Numbered from the stretch's first letter, positions 33,982-43,229 are shown. The stretch: DNA of 64,000 bases from Spirochaetia bacterium (GCA_965203055.1 OZ241863.1:2432001-2496000); one strand, 5' to 3'. Numbers and translations: made by a program. The notes: generated by a model from the sequence alone, not told the origin.

Positions 33982-35337
33982 TCACCGGTCTACGGGCGCC
34001 TCACGATCCTCGCCGGGGCGGCCGAATCCGGCGCCGGCGTGGCGGTAGCGGTGATGGGCAGCGCACAGCAGGCGGAGATTGTTCGGCTCGGCGGCGCCGC
34101 CGCAGGCATACGGCACGACGTGATCGATCTGCAGCAGGTGTTGGGAGCCGCAGCGGCGCCCGCTGGTACGGTCCACGTAGCGGCAGCGGCCCCGGTCGCG
34201 CCGCCAGACCTCGCGCTTGACCGCTGCCGGGATGGCGCGGCCGGTCACGCCGCCCGCCTTCGCCGCCGAAGTTTCGGTCCGCGGCGGCGCAGCCGGCTTC
34301 GCGCAGGCCGTCGCAGCCTGCCGGCCGAGGCGCCGCGTCTTCGGCGCCGAAGTGGCGTCGGTCGCCGGCTTCGCTGCCGAAGTGTCCGGGCGGTCAGCGG
34401 CTTCCTCTCCCGGCTCCGCCGGCGCCTGAGCCGATACCTTCGCCGCCGAAGGAGCGGCGCGGTCCGCGCCGGCCTCCTGCTTCGCTGCCGGGGCAGCGCC
34501 GCGAGCCGAGGTCGCCTGCGTCTTCGCCGCCGAAGTTTGCTCGGCTCCTTTGGCCGGCGCGGCGCGCCGCCCACGCGGCGGCCGGGCCGGATCGTGGCGG
34601 TCGAGCCCTTCCCGCACCAGCCGCGCCATGAGCTGCCCCAACGTCATATGCGGATCGACGTGGGACAGGAGGCCCTGGAGCCGCTCCAAGCCGCGCCGGC
34701 ACTCATCGTCGATCACCGCCTTGAGTTCCCAGCACCCGCCGCCCAGGGGCCGCACCCGCTCCGCCGGCGCCGCCAGCTCCGGGTCCACCTCGGCCAGCAA
34801 CTGCATCACCTCCCGGCTGCTCTTGCCGGAGGCCTGCTCCACCAGCTCCCGCCGCGCCTCCGAGTCCAGCACCGGCGCCGGCTTCCGCTCCGCCGGCCGC
34901 GGCGGCGCCGCCCCGTCCTGCGACTGAGCGGCTGCCCCGCACCCGGCCCCGTCCGGCGCGCTACGCGCCGCCCGTTCCTTCTTGCGCTCCTGCCGGTCGA
35001 AGGCGTTCTGCAACTGCGCGGCCGCGTTCAGCGTCATCGTGCCATCCTGCAGGCGCTCGCGCACGCCCTCGACGTCCGCGCAGAGCCGCATCGCCTTGAT
35101 GCGCCGCCACGCCGCGGCGTCACTGTAACCCAGCTCGCGCACCGCGTAGTCGAACAGGCTCGAGAACCCGCGCCGCAGATACAGGCGACGCTTCTGAATC
35201 TCGCGCAGGTGGTCGATCACGACCACTTCGAGATGGTGTTCGATGCGGGAAAGTTCCTTGGTCCGCTCCAGCAGGCGGTCGTCTGAGAGGGCGGATACAG
35301 TAGTGGTGACGGCCTCGTCGGAAGCATGTCTGTTCAT
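33982..35337 (-). CDS. HNH endonuclease with N-terminal helical (DUF222-like) domain and TSAAK-repeat linker
   Basis: RGFSSLFDYAVRELGYSDAAAWRRI; RDRGRC...C...QIDHVVP...GG...NNLRLLCAAHH. Confidence 0.9.
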   Translation of the reverse strand: MNRHASDEAVTTTVSALSDDRLLERTKELSRIEHHLEVVVIDHLREIQKRRLYLRRGFSSLFDYAVRELGYSDAAAWRRIKAMRLCADVEGVRERLQDGTMTLNAAAQLQNAFDRQERKKERAARSAPDGAGCGAAAQSQDGAAPPRPAERKPAPVLDSEARRELVEQASGKSSREVMQLLAEVDPELAAPAERVRPLGGGCWELKAVIDDECRRGLERLQGLLSHVDPHMTLGQLMARLVREGLDRHDPARPPRGRRAAPAKGAEQTSAAKTQATSARGAAPAAKQEAGADRAAPSAAKVSAQAPAEPGEEAADRPDTSAAKPATDATSAPKTRRLGRQAATACAKPAAPPRTETSAAKAGGVTGRAIPAAVKREVWRRDRGRCRYVDRTSGRRCGSQHLLQIDHVVPYACGGAAEPNNLRLLCAAHHRYRHAGAGFGRPGEDREAPVDR

Positions 35338-35343
35338 AATATA

Positions 35344-35372
35344 AGTATAATCATGGAAACTACTTGAGTCAA
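35344..35372 (-). promoter_or_regulatory. Near-consensus leaderless promoter of the HNH gene
   Basis: TTGACT-17bp-TATACT-6nt-ATG. Confidence 0.85.
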
Positions 35373-35543
35373 GTTATTCGGCCCGGAGGATGGCACCTGC
35401 GGGCGTGACTCGGCGGCGCATTCCCAAGCGGCTGGACGCAGCAATACGCAGGTGGTCAGCGTGGGGAGCGCGTGCTATCATGGCGCGGTCCGGCTCGCGG
35501 CCAATCGCCAACGACGGCCGGGGGGTGATCGCTGGTATCGCTG

Positions 35544-37520
35544 TTGCTGGCCGCCGGAGTCGCCGCGCTAATGGCGTGCGCGCCCGCGGCGCGCCCCTCC
35601 GCGGCGCCCGCCGACCCGGCCCAAGGGGGGGGGGGGGGTAAGCCACCGAGCGAGCCGCCGCCGACTTCGCCGCCGCCGACTTCGCAGCCGCCCACCTCGC
35701 AGCCGGCCGAGCAGCGCTGGACGATCAGCGCGGCCGACTTTGGTGACAGCTACCGCGCGCACCTGTTGACCAACCGCTCCGCGCCCTATGCCTGGGAGCG
35801 GATCACCGCCGGCGGCGTGCGCGTTTCGATCGGCGGGCGCGAGCTGCCGTTCACGAGCACGCGAGCCAACCCGGTCTTCACCCCCGATCTCTCCGGCGCG
35901 GAGTGGACGGTTGCCGCCGAGGTGCGGGCGGGAGAAGTGGTGCTGGTGCTCACCGCCCCCGATCAGTCGGGCGCCGGCGACACGGTTGAATCGGTCACGA
36001 TCACCAACCCGGGGAGCGGCTACACGACAGACCCGACCGTGACCTTTTCGGCCCCGCCGTCCGGCGGCGCCACCGCAACCGGCGCCGCGGTAAGGTCCGG
36101 CAGCGTCGACTCCGTGACGATTACGACCCCAGGGAGCGGCTACCCCTCGGTTCCCACCGTGACCTTTTCGGCGCCGCCGTCCGGCGCCGCGGCAACCGGC
36201 GCCGCGGTGGGGACCCGGCGCGTCGATTCCGTGACGATTACGACCGCCGGGAGCGGCTACACGGCTGTTCCCGGCGTAACGTTCGGGGCGGCGCCGTCCG
36301 GCGGCGCCACGGCAACCGGCACCGCAGTGGGGACCCGGCGCGTCGATTCCGTGACGGTCGGGACCGCGGGAAGCGGCTACACGGCGGTCCCTGCCGTCAC
36401 GTTTTCGGGCGGAGGCGGCAGCGGCGCGGTCGCTACCGCGGTACGGCAAAGCGGCGTCGCGTCAGTGACGCTCACGAACCGCGGGACATTTTATCTCTCT
36501 GACCCAACCGTCACGTTCGGGGCGGCGCCGTCCGGCGGCGCCACGGCGACCGGCACCGCAACGCGGCGATCTGAAGTATTTACCGTGGCGGTGAACGTCG
36601 GGGGGAGCGGTTACACGTCTGCCCCCACCGTGACGATTGGCGCTCCGCCGCCCGGTGGCACCCAGGCAACCGCTACAGCGGCGATCAGTGGCGGTCAAGT
36701 GAGTTCCGTAACCGTGACGAACGGTGGGCGCGGCTACACGTCTAACCCTTCCGTCACGTTTTCGGGAGGAGGGGGCAGCGGCGCGGCCGGCAACGTGTCG
36801 ATTCGAGCAGACAGGTTGGATGCCGTGACGATCACGAACCCGGGGAGCGGCTACACGTCAGCCCCTTCCGTAACGTTTTCGGCGGCCCAGGGGACTGGTG
36901 TTACGGCAACCGGCACCGCGGTGCTGCAGAGCGGCGTCGCGTCGGTGAGGGTCACCAACGGCGGGAGCGGTTACACCTCCGCCCCTGCCGTGACCTTCGC
37001 GGCCGCGCCTGCCGGCGGCACCACCGCAACCGGCACCGCGGCGCTGCGCTACGGCGTCGCGTCGGTGGACGTCACGGACGGCGGGAGCGGCTACACCTCC
37101 GCCCCTACCGTGACCTTCGCGGCCGCGCCGAGCGGCGGCACCACGGCCGCCGGCACCGCGGTGCTGCGCTACGGCGTGGCGTCGGTGAACGTCACGAACG
37201 GCGGGAGCGGCTACACCTCCGCCCCTGCCGTGACCTTCGCGGCCGCGCCGAGTGGCGGCGCCACCGCCGCCGGCACCGCGGCGCTGCGCCTCAGCGCCGT
37301 CGCGTCGGTGAGGGTCACGAACGGCGGGAGCGGCTACACCTCCGCCCCCACCGTGACCTTTTCGGCCCCGGCCGGCGGTACCCGCGCGACCGGCACGGCC
37401 AACTTGGCAGAGAGCGGCTACGATCAATACCAGAACCTGTATTGGGCGCGCCAAACCCTGGATGGCAAGCAGCTTGTCGTTCAGCTCGCGGATCAGGCGC
37501 CGGCCCGTGATGACAGATAG
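35544..37520 (+). CDS. Repeat lipoprotein B with 12 GSGY repeats; poly-G in frame; start uncertain (TTG 35544 or CTG 35532)
   Basis: LMAC lipobox; CAA-G14-TAAG in frame; paralogue of 23191..25216. Confidence 0.85.
   Translation: MLAAGVAALMACAPAARPSAAPADPAQGGGGGKPPSEPPPTSPPPTSQPPTSQPAEQRWTISAADFGDSYRAHLLTNRSAPYAWERITAGGVRVSIGGRELPFTSTRANPVFTPDLSGAEWTVAAEVRAGEVVLVLTAPDQSGAGDTVESVTITNPGSGYTTDPTVTFSAPPSGGATATGAAVRSGSVDSVTITTPGSGYPSVPTVTFSAPPSGAAATGAAVGTRRVDSVTITTAGSGYTAVPGVTFGAAPSGGATATGTAVGTRRVDSVTVGTAGSGYTAVPAVTFSGGGGSGAVATAVRQSGVASVTLTNRGTFYLSDPTVTFGAAPSGGATATGTATRRSEVFTVAVNVGGSGYTSAPTVTIGAPPPGGTQATATAAISGGQVSSVTVTNGGRGYTSNPSVTFSGGGGSGAAGNVSIRADRLDAVTITNPGSGYTSAPSVTFSAAQGTGVTATGTAVLQSGVASVRVTNGGSGYTSAPAVTFAAAPAGGTTATGTAALRYGVASVDVTDGGSGYTSAPTVTFAAAPSGGTTAAGTAVLRYGVASVNVTNGGSGYTSAPAVTFAAAPSGGATAAGTAALRLSAVASVRVTNGGSGYTSAPTVTFSAPAGGTRATGTANLAESGYDQYQNLYWARQTLDGKQLVVQLADQAPARDDR
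35625..35638 (+). repeat. Poly-G tract G14 in lipoprotein B
   Basis: 14 consecutive G. Confidence 0.9.
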
Positions 37521-37523
37521 ACC

Positions 37524-37547
37524 CTTGCCCATACGTACCAAACGTGA
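37524..37547 (+). repeat. 24-bp direct repeat, right copy
   Basis: CTTGCCCATACGTACCAAACGTGA. Confidence 0.85.
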
Positions 37548-37548
37548 A

Positions 37549-38157
37549 TCAGAAGTCGATGCCGCGCTGGGCCTTGATGCCGGCCTGGAACGGGTGCTTG
37601 ATCTCGACCATCTCGCTCACCAGGTCGGCGTACTCGATCAGTTCCGGCGGAGCGCCGCGCCCGGTCAGGACCACGTGGGTGCGGGCCGCCCGCGCCTCCA
37701 GGCACGCCACCACCGCCGCCGGCGGCAGATAATCGCAGCTCATCACCACGTTGATCTCGTCGAGCACCACGAGCTCGAAGCCGCCGCCGGCGATCAACTC
37801 CCGCGCCATGGCGAGCGCCGACCGCGCCGCGGCGCAGTCCGCCTCCCGGTCCTGCGTGTCCCAGGTGAACCCCTGCCCGGTCGTGCGCCATTCGAGCTGC
37901 TCCGGGAAGCGGCTGAAGAACCGGCGTTCGCCGGTCTTCCAGGCGCCCTTGATGAACTGCACGATCGCCACGCGCTGCCCCCAGCCGAGGGCGCGCGCGG
38001 CGACGCCGAAGGCGGCGCTCGACTTGCCCTTGCCGTTGCCGGTGTGCACCAGCACCAGCCCGCGCCGCGGATTCACGGCCCGCGCAACCTTGGCCCGCTG
38101 CTCCGCCTGCAGCGCGCGCATCCGCTCGGCGTGCTCGGCGTTCGCCTGATTCCCCAC
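37549..38157 (-). CDS. cobO: Cob(I)alamin adenosyltransferase CobO/BtuR
   Basis: VHTGNGKGKSSAAFG, VQFIKG, VVLDEI, LTGRGAP, KHPFQAGIKAQRGIDF. Confidence 0.93.
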   Translation of the reverse strand: MGNQANAEHAERMRALQAEQRAKVARAVNPRRGLVLVHTGNGKGKSSAAFGVAARALGWGQRVAIVQFIKGAWKTGERRFFSRFPEQLEWRTTGQGFTWDTQDREADCAAARSALAMARELIAGGGFELVVLDEINVVMSCDYLPPAAVVACLEARAARTHVVLTGRGAPPELIEYADLVSEMVEIKHPFQAGIKAQRGIDF

Positions 38158-38163
38158 AAACGG

Positions 38164-38182
38164 AGTGTACCCGGGGTACACT
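38164..38182. promoter_or_regulatory. Palindromic back-to-back -10 boxes for divergent cobO and HIT genes
   Basis: AGTGTACCC-G-GGGTACACT gives TACACT on both strands. Confidence 0.6.
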
Positions 38183-38191
38183 GCCGGGGTC

Positions 38192-38599
38192 ATGGCAAGC
38201 GTCTTCACCCGCATCATCGCCGGCGAATTGCCGGGCCACTTCGTATGGCAGGACGAGCAGTGCGTCGCCTTCCTGTCGATCAACCCGTTGCGCCCCGGCC
38301 ACACGCTGGTGGTGCCGCGCGCCGAGGTGGACCACTGGATCGACCTGGACGACGACGCCGCGGCGGCGCTGATGCGCGTCGCGCGCATCGTAGCCCGCGC
38401 CCAGCAGGCGGTGTATCGGCCCGCCAAGGTCGGGTTGATGATCGCCGGTCTGGAGGTGCCGCACGTCCACCTCCACGTAAGCCCGATCGACCGGATGCGC
38501 GACCTGGACTTCGAGCAGGCCGCCCCGCACCCGGGGGACGCGGCGCTGGCGGCCGAGGCCGCGCGCATCCGCGCCGTGCTGCCGGCGGTTGGAAGATGA
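38192..38599 (+). CDS. HIT family hydrolase
   Basis: SVFTRIIAGELP, GHTLVVP, HVHLH. Confidence 0.93.
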   Translation: MASVFTRIIAGELPGHFVWQDEQCVAFLSINPLRPGHTLVVPRAEVDHWIDLDDDAAAALMRVARIVARAQQAVYRPAKVGLMIAGLEVPHVHLHVSPIDRMRDLDFEQAAPHPGDAALAAEAARIRAVLPAVGR

Positions 38600-38916
38600 T
38601 TCTGACGACGGCGGCCGCCATCGCCGGCCATCGGGTCGTGAAGACGATCGGCCTGGTGCGCGGCAACACGGTCCGTTCACGGCACGTGGGCCGCGATTTG
38701 ATGGCCGGCTTCAAGACGATCGTGGGCGGCGAGATCGCCTCCTACACCACCATGATGGAGGACGCGCGCGCGGAAGCGGTGGCGCGCCTCATCGCCGACG
38801 CCGAGCAGCGCGGCGCCAACGCGGTGACCGACGTCCGCTTCACTACCTCCGCGATCATGAGCGGCGCATCCGAGATCCTGGCGTACGGCACCGCCGCGGT
38901 GGTGGAGCCGGAATAG
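38596..38916 (+). CDS. YbjQ/UPF0145 family protein
   Basis: GLVRGNTVR, IVGGEIASY, GANAV, EILAYGTA. Confidence 0.92.
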   Translation: MILTTAAAIAGHRVVKTIGLVRGNTVRSRHVGRDLMAGFKTIVGGEIASYTTMMEDARAEAVARLIADAEQRGANAVTDVRFTTSAIMSGASEILAYGTAAVVEPE

Positions 38917-39015
38917 GCACCGGGTCCATGCGGCCGCCCTTGCCGGGGCGGCCCTGGGCGCCGCCAGGGCTTGACCGCTTTGACCGCGGGCCGCGCAGCC
39001 CATACAGTTGCCCGC

Positions 39016-40443
39016 ATGGCATCATCCGCGGCGCCGCGCCCGCCGAACGTCCCGCCGAACGTATTGTGGATCTGCACCGATCAACAGCGCGGGGACACCA
39101 TCGCCGCGCTCGGCAACCGCTTCATCAACACGCCCAATCTCGACCGCCTGGCGGCGCAGGGCACCGCGTGCCGCAACGCGTTCTGTCAGGCGCCGATCTG
39201 CACTCCCAGCCGGGCCAGCTTCCTTACCGGCTGCTACGCCAGCACGGTGCGGGCCTGCAGCAACGGCAACCGCCGCTGGGCCGAAGCCGCGCCGCTGGTC
39301 ACCAGGCTGCTCGCCGACGCCGGCTACTGCTGCGGTCTGGCCGGCAAGCTGCATCTGGCCGGCGCGCACGGCCGCATCGAGCCGCGCCCCCGCGACGACG
39401 GCTACAGCGTATTCCATTGGAGCCACGATCCGCGCGACGCCTGGCCCGCCGGCCACGCCTACCGCGAGTGGGTCGCGCAGCGCGGCGCCCACCTGGGCCG
39501 CACCTACGCGGAACTGGGCCATATGCCCGCCGAGCTGCATCAGACCACCTTCTGCGCCGAGCAGGCGATCGACTTCATGGAGACCTCCTGGAGTCAGCCC
39601 TGGCTGATGAGCGTCAACATCTTCGATCCGCACGCGCCGTTCGACCCGCCGGCCGACTATCTGGCGCGCTACCACCCCGACGAGCTGCCCGGTCCGGCCT
39701 TCGAGACCGGCGATCTGGCCGCCCAGCAACTCCTGGAAGGGGTGGATTTTCAGACGCCGGCGCGCGTTCCCGAGAGCTTCGACGCGCGCGGCAAGATCGC
39801 CGCCTACTACGCCATGATCGAGCTGATCGACCACAACGTGGGGAGGATGCTCGACGCGCTGGAGCGCACCGGGCAGGCGGAGAACACCCTGGTGATCTTT
39901 ACCAGCGACCACGGCGAGATGCTCGGCGACCACGGCCTGCTCCTCAAGGGCTGCCGCTTCTACGAGGGGCTGGTGCGCGTACCGCTCATCCTGCGCTGGC
40001 CGGGCCGCATCGCCGCCGGCGCAACCACCGGCGCCCTGGTGGAACTGACCGATCTGGCGCCCACGCTGCTCGACGCCGCGGGCCTGGCCCCGCCGCCGCA
40101 CCTGGCCGGCCGCTCGCTGCTGCCGCTACTGCGCGGGGAAGCCGCCGAGCACCGCGCCGCGGTGCGCTGCGAGTACTACGCCGCGCTGCGCGACCTGCGC
40201 GGCAACCGCCGCGGCTGGAACGACACGCGCGCCACCATGATCCGCGACCGGCGCTACAAGCTGGCGGTCTACCACGGCCATCCGGTCGGGGAACTGTTCG
40301 ACCTGCAGGAGGATCCGCACGAGCACCGCAATCTCTGGAACGAGGCGCGCCACGCCGAGCTGCGCTTCGACCTGCTGCGGCAATGCTTCGACGCCGCCGC
40401 CGGCGCCATCGACACCGGCCCCGAGGTCACGCGGAACTTTTGA
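39016..40443 (+). CDS. Sulfatase family hydrolase
   Basis: PNVLWICTDQQR, CTPSR, GKLH, TSDHGEMLG. Confidence 0.93.
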   Translation: MASSAAPRPPNVPPNVLWICTDQQRGDTIAALGNRFINTPNLDRLAAQGTACRNAFCQAPICTPSRASFLTGCYASTVRACSNGNRRWAEAAPLVTRLLADAGYCCGLAGKLHLAGAHGRIEPRPRDDGYSVFHWSHDPRDAWPAGHAYREWVAQRGAHLGRTYAELGHMPAELHQTTFCAEQAIDFMETSWSQPWLMSVNIFDPHAPFDPPADYLARYHPDELPGPAFETGDLAAQQLLEGVDFQTPARVPESFDARGKIAAYYAMIELIDHNVGRMLDALERTGQAENTLVIFTSDHGEMLGDHGLLLKGCRFYEGLVRVPLILRWPGRIAAGATTGALVELTDLAPTLLDAAGLAPPPHLAGRSLLPLLRGEAAEHRAAVRCEYYAALRDLRGNRRGWNDTRATMIRDRRYKLAVYHGHPVGELFDLQEDPHEHRNLWNEARHAELRFDLLRQCFDAAAGAIDTGPEVTRNF

Positions 40444-41398
40444 GCCGCAGCGCGCGGCGCGCGCCGGCCACGACGTCGGCCGCGGCGCAGCCGTGGCGGT
40501 CGAGCAGGTCGAAGTAGGGGCCTGACTCGGTGAAACGGTCGGCGATGCCGACCCGCACCACCGGCACCGGGCAGCGTTCGGCCAACAGCTCCGCCACCGC
40601 GCCGCCCAGGCCGCCCAGAACGGTGTGCTCCTCCGCGGTGACCACGGCGCCGGTCTCGCGCGCCGCGGCGGCCAGCGCGGCGCCGTCGAGCGGCTTGATG
40701 GTGTGCAGGTCGATCACCCGGCACTCCACGCCCTCCCCCGCCAACTGCTCCGCGGCGGTCACGCTGCGCGCCACCATCACCCCGGCGGCAACGATGGTCA
40801 GGTCGCTGCCGGGGCGCACCACCTGGGCGCGGCCCAGTTGCAGGGCGGCCGCGGGGCCGGCGGTGCCGGCGGTGCCGGCGCCGTACACCGCCGGCACCGC
40901 GTTGCGGTTCATGCGGAAGTAGACCGGTCCGGGGCTGGCCGCCACCTGCGGCAGCAGCGCAGTCAGCGCACCGGGGTCGGCCGGCGCCACCACCCGCATG
41001 CCGGGGAAGGTCCGCAGAATGGCGATGTCCTCGGTGGCGTGGTGGGTCGGCCCCTCGAAGCTGGGCGACAGCCCGCCGTAGGCGGCCATCAGCTTGACGT
41101 TGGCGCGCCCGTAGCAGACGTGGGTGCGGATCATCTCCACCGCGCGGGTGGCCAGGAACACGCCGAAGGTGTTGACGAACGGCAGCTTGCCGGCCAGCGC
41201 CAGACCGACCGCGCAATCCACCAGCGACTGTTCGGCGATGCCGGTGTTGATGAAGCGGTCGGGAAAGGCGTCGGCGAACATGAAGCTGTGGTCGGAGTTG
41301 GAGACGTCGGCGGACAGCACCACCACGTCGGGATTGCTGCGCCCCAGCTCCACCAGCGCCTTGCCGTAGGCGAGGCGGGTGTCGATCAGCTCAGCCAT
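40427..41398 (-). CDS. Transketolase C-terminal subunit
   Basis: GIAEQ, EGPTHHATED, TIKPLD, EEH. Confidence 0.93.
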   Translation of the reverse strand: MAELIDTRLAYGKALVELGRSNPDVVVLSADVSNSDHSFMFADAFPDRFINTGIAEQSLVDCAVGLALAGKLPFVNTFGVFLATRAVEMIRTHVCYGRANVKLMAAYGGLSPSFEGPTHHATEDIAILRTFPGMRVVAPADPGALTALLPQVAASPGPVYFRMNRNAVPAVYGAGTAGTAGPAAALQLGRAQVVRPGSDLTIVAAGVMVARSVTAAEQLAGEGVECRVIDLHTIKPLDGAALAAAARETGAVVTAEEHTVLGGLGGAVAELLAERCPVPVVRVGIADRFTESGPYFDLLDRHGCAAADVVAGARRALRLKSSA

Positions 41399-42282
41399 TG
41401 CCGCAGGCCCGCTTCCAGCTCGGCCTTGGCGGCCGCGTATTGCGCCGCGGTGGGCGGCGTGCCGTGCCAGTTGTGGTCATATTCCATGAACGATACGCCG
41501 CGCCCCTTGGTGGTGCGGGCGATGATCACCGCCGGCCGCGCGTGCACCTGATCGGCGCGGTCGAGCGCGTCCAGCACCTCGCGCACGTTGTGGCCGCCGA
41601 TCTCCTGCACGTGCCAGCCGAACGCCGCCCACTTGGCGGCGATCGGCTCGCTCGGCATCACCTCGGCGGTGGCGCCGGTCTGCTGGATGCCGTTGTAGTC
41701 CAGGATCGCCACCAGGTTGCCCAGGCGATACTTGGCCGCCAACATCGCCCCTTCCCAGATCACCCCGGCGTCGATCTCGCCGTCGCCGAGCACCACGTAC
41801 ACGCTGGCCGGCGAGGCCGCGCCGGAGGGCGCCGAGCGCGCCGCCGGCTTGGCGCCGCGCTCGCGCAGGGCCAGCGCCATGCCGCAGCCGACGGCCACCC
41901 CGTGGCCGAGCGGCCCGGCGGGAATCTCGATGCCGGGGGTCTTGCGGTCCGGGTGTCCCTGCAGCCGGCTCTCGACCTTGCGGAAGCTCAGCAGCTCGGA
42001 CGGGGGAAAGAAGCCGCGGTGGGCGAGCGCCGCGTAGAGGGCGGCGCAGGCGTGCCCCTTGGAGAACAGCAGCCGGTCGCGGTCCGGCCAGTCGGGGCGC
42101 TCGGGATCGATGCGCAGGTGGTGGAAGTAGAGCGCGGCCAGGAGCTCGGCGCAGGAAAACGCGCCGCCGAGGTGGCCGCTGCCGCTGTCGTGGACCATCT
42201 CCAGCACGTCCAGCCGGAACTGCTGAGCGCGGCGGTGCAGCTCGCGCACCAGCCCGCCGGGATGGTCATGGGTATGCCGCAT
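41386..42282 (-). CDS. Transketolase N-terminal subunit
   Basis: SGHLGG, SKGH, LQGHP, GDGE. Confidence 0.93.
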   Translation of the reverse strand: MRHTHDHPGGLVRELHRRAQQFRLDVLEMVHDSGSGHLGGAFSCAELLAALYFHHLRIDPERPDWPDRDRLLFSKGHACAALYAALAHRGFFPPSELLSFRKVESRLQGHPDRKTPGIEIPAGPLGHGVAVGCGMALALRERGAKPAARSAPSGAASPASVYVVLGDGEIDAGVIWEGAMLAAKYRLGNLVAILDYNGIQQTGATAEVMPSEPIAAKWAAFGWHVQEIGGHNVREVLDALDRADQVHARPAVIIARTTKGRGVSFMEYDHNWHGTPPTAAQYAAAKAELEAGLRQWLS

Positions 42283-42374
42283 GGGCCCCGAACCTAAGCC
42301 GGCCCCCGGTCCCGGTCAAGCCGACAACGCCCGCACGCCCGCCGCCCGGCGAGCGCCGGCCGCCGCTCGCCGCT

Positions 42375-43229
42375 TCAGGCCTTGATGCCGGTGAGCGTGA
42401 TGCCCTCGATGAAGTAGCGCTGCGCGAACAGGAAGAGCGCCAGCACCGGCGCTATCACCACTGTCGCGGCCGCCATCAGCAAGTGCCACTGCGAGGTGTA
42501 CAGCCCGGTGAATTCCGCCAATCCCAGGGCCAGGGTGAACTGCCGCGAGTCGTTGAGGTAGATCAGCGGCCCCAGGAAGTCGTTCCATTCGAACAGCGCG
42601 GAGAAGATGCCGACCGTGATCAGCGCCGGGCGGCTCAGGGGCACGACCACGTGGCGCAGCACCTGCAGGGGGTTGGCGCCGTCGATGATCGCCGCCTCGT
42701 CCAGCTCGCGCGGCAGCGTCAGGAAGAACTGCCGCAGCAGGAACACGTAGAAGATGGTGCCGCCGAACCAGTCGGGCAGCACCAGCGGCCAGTAGGTGTT
42801 GATCAGACCGATCCGGGCCCACAGCAGGAAGGTGGGGATCAGGGTTACCGCGTAGGGCAGCATCAGGGCGCTCAGCAACACCCCGAACACCCAGTCGCGG
42901 CCCGGCCACTGCAGCCGGGAGAAGCCGAAGGCAGCCAGCGACGCGGTGATCAGCGTGCCGATTACGGTGGGCGCCAGGATCAGCAGCGTGTTGCCGAAGT
43001 AGCGCGCGAACGGGATCGTCGTGAGCGCCTTGGGGTAGTTGTCCCAGCGCCACGGGTCGGGGAGCCACTCCGGCGGAAAGATGAAGATCTGGCTCAGCCC
43101 CATCACCGAGCTGCGCACCAGCCACGCCAGCGGAATGAGCATCACCACGCTGCCGGCCAGCAGCAGCAGATAGACGCCCAGCGCGACGAGCCGGGCGCGG
43201 GCGGTGCGGCCGAGGGAGGCGGGGCGCAT
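42375..43229 (-). CDS. Carbohydrate ABC transporter permease (MalG-like)
   Basis: LPRELDEAAIIDGA EAA motif. Confidence 0.92.
   Translation of the reverse strand: MRPASLGRTARARLVALGVYLLLLAGSVVMLIPLAWLVRSSVMGLSQIFIFPPEWLPDPWRWDNYPKALTTIPFARYFGNTLLILAPTVIGTLITASLAAFGFSRLQWPGRDWVFGVLLSALMLPYAVTLIPTFLLWARIGLINTYWPLVLPDWFGGTIFYVFLLRQFFLTLPRELDEAAIIDGANPLQVLRHVVVPLSRPALITVGIFSALFEWNDFLGPLIYLNDSRQFTLALGLAEFTGLYTSQWHLLMAAATVVIAPVLALFLFAQRYFIEGITLTGIKA

Noticed and set aside
34258..34535. CRISPR-like array of palindromic repeats
   Set aside because: Repeats are only 14 bp, spacing is irregular and always in frame within a CDS, and there are no cas genes; kept as a coding palindrome array
33928..35337. 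IscB/HEARO (OMEGA) system
   Set aside because: No PLMP or split RuvC motifs, and the conserved non-coding part is short and 3' of the gene
23900..36830. Diversity-generating retroelement acting on the variable central repeats
   Set aside because: No reverse transcriptase in the window and no TR/VR pair with adenine-specific differences seen
23191..37520. Prophage or tailocin, suggested by phage-like GSGY repeats
   Set aside because: No capsid, terminase, tail, lysis or integrase genes; the proteins have lipoprotein signals
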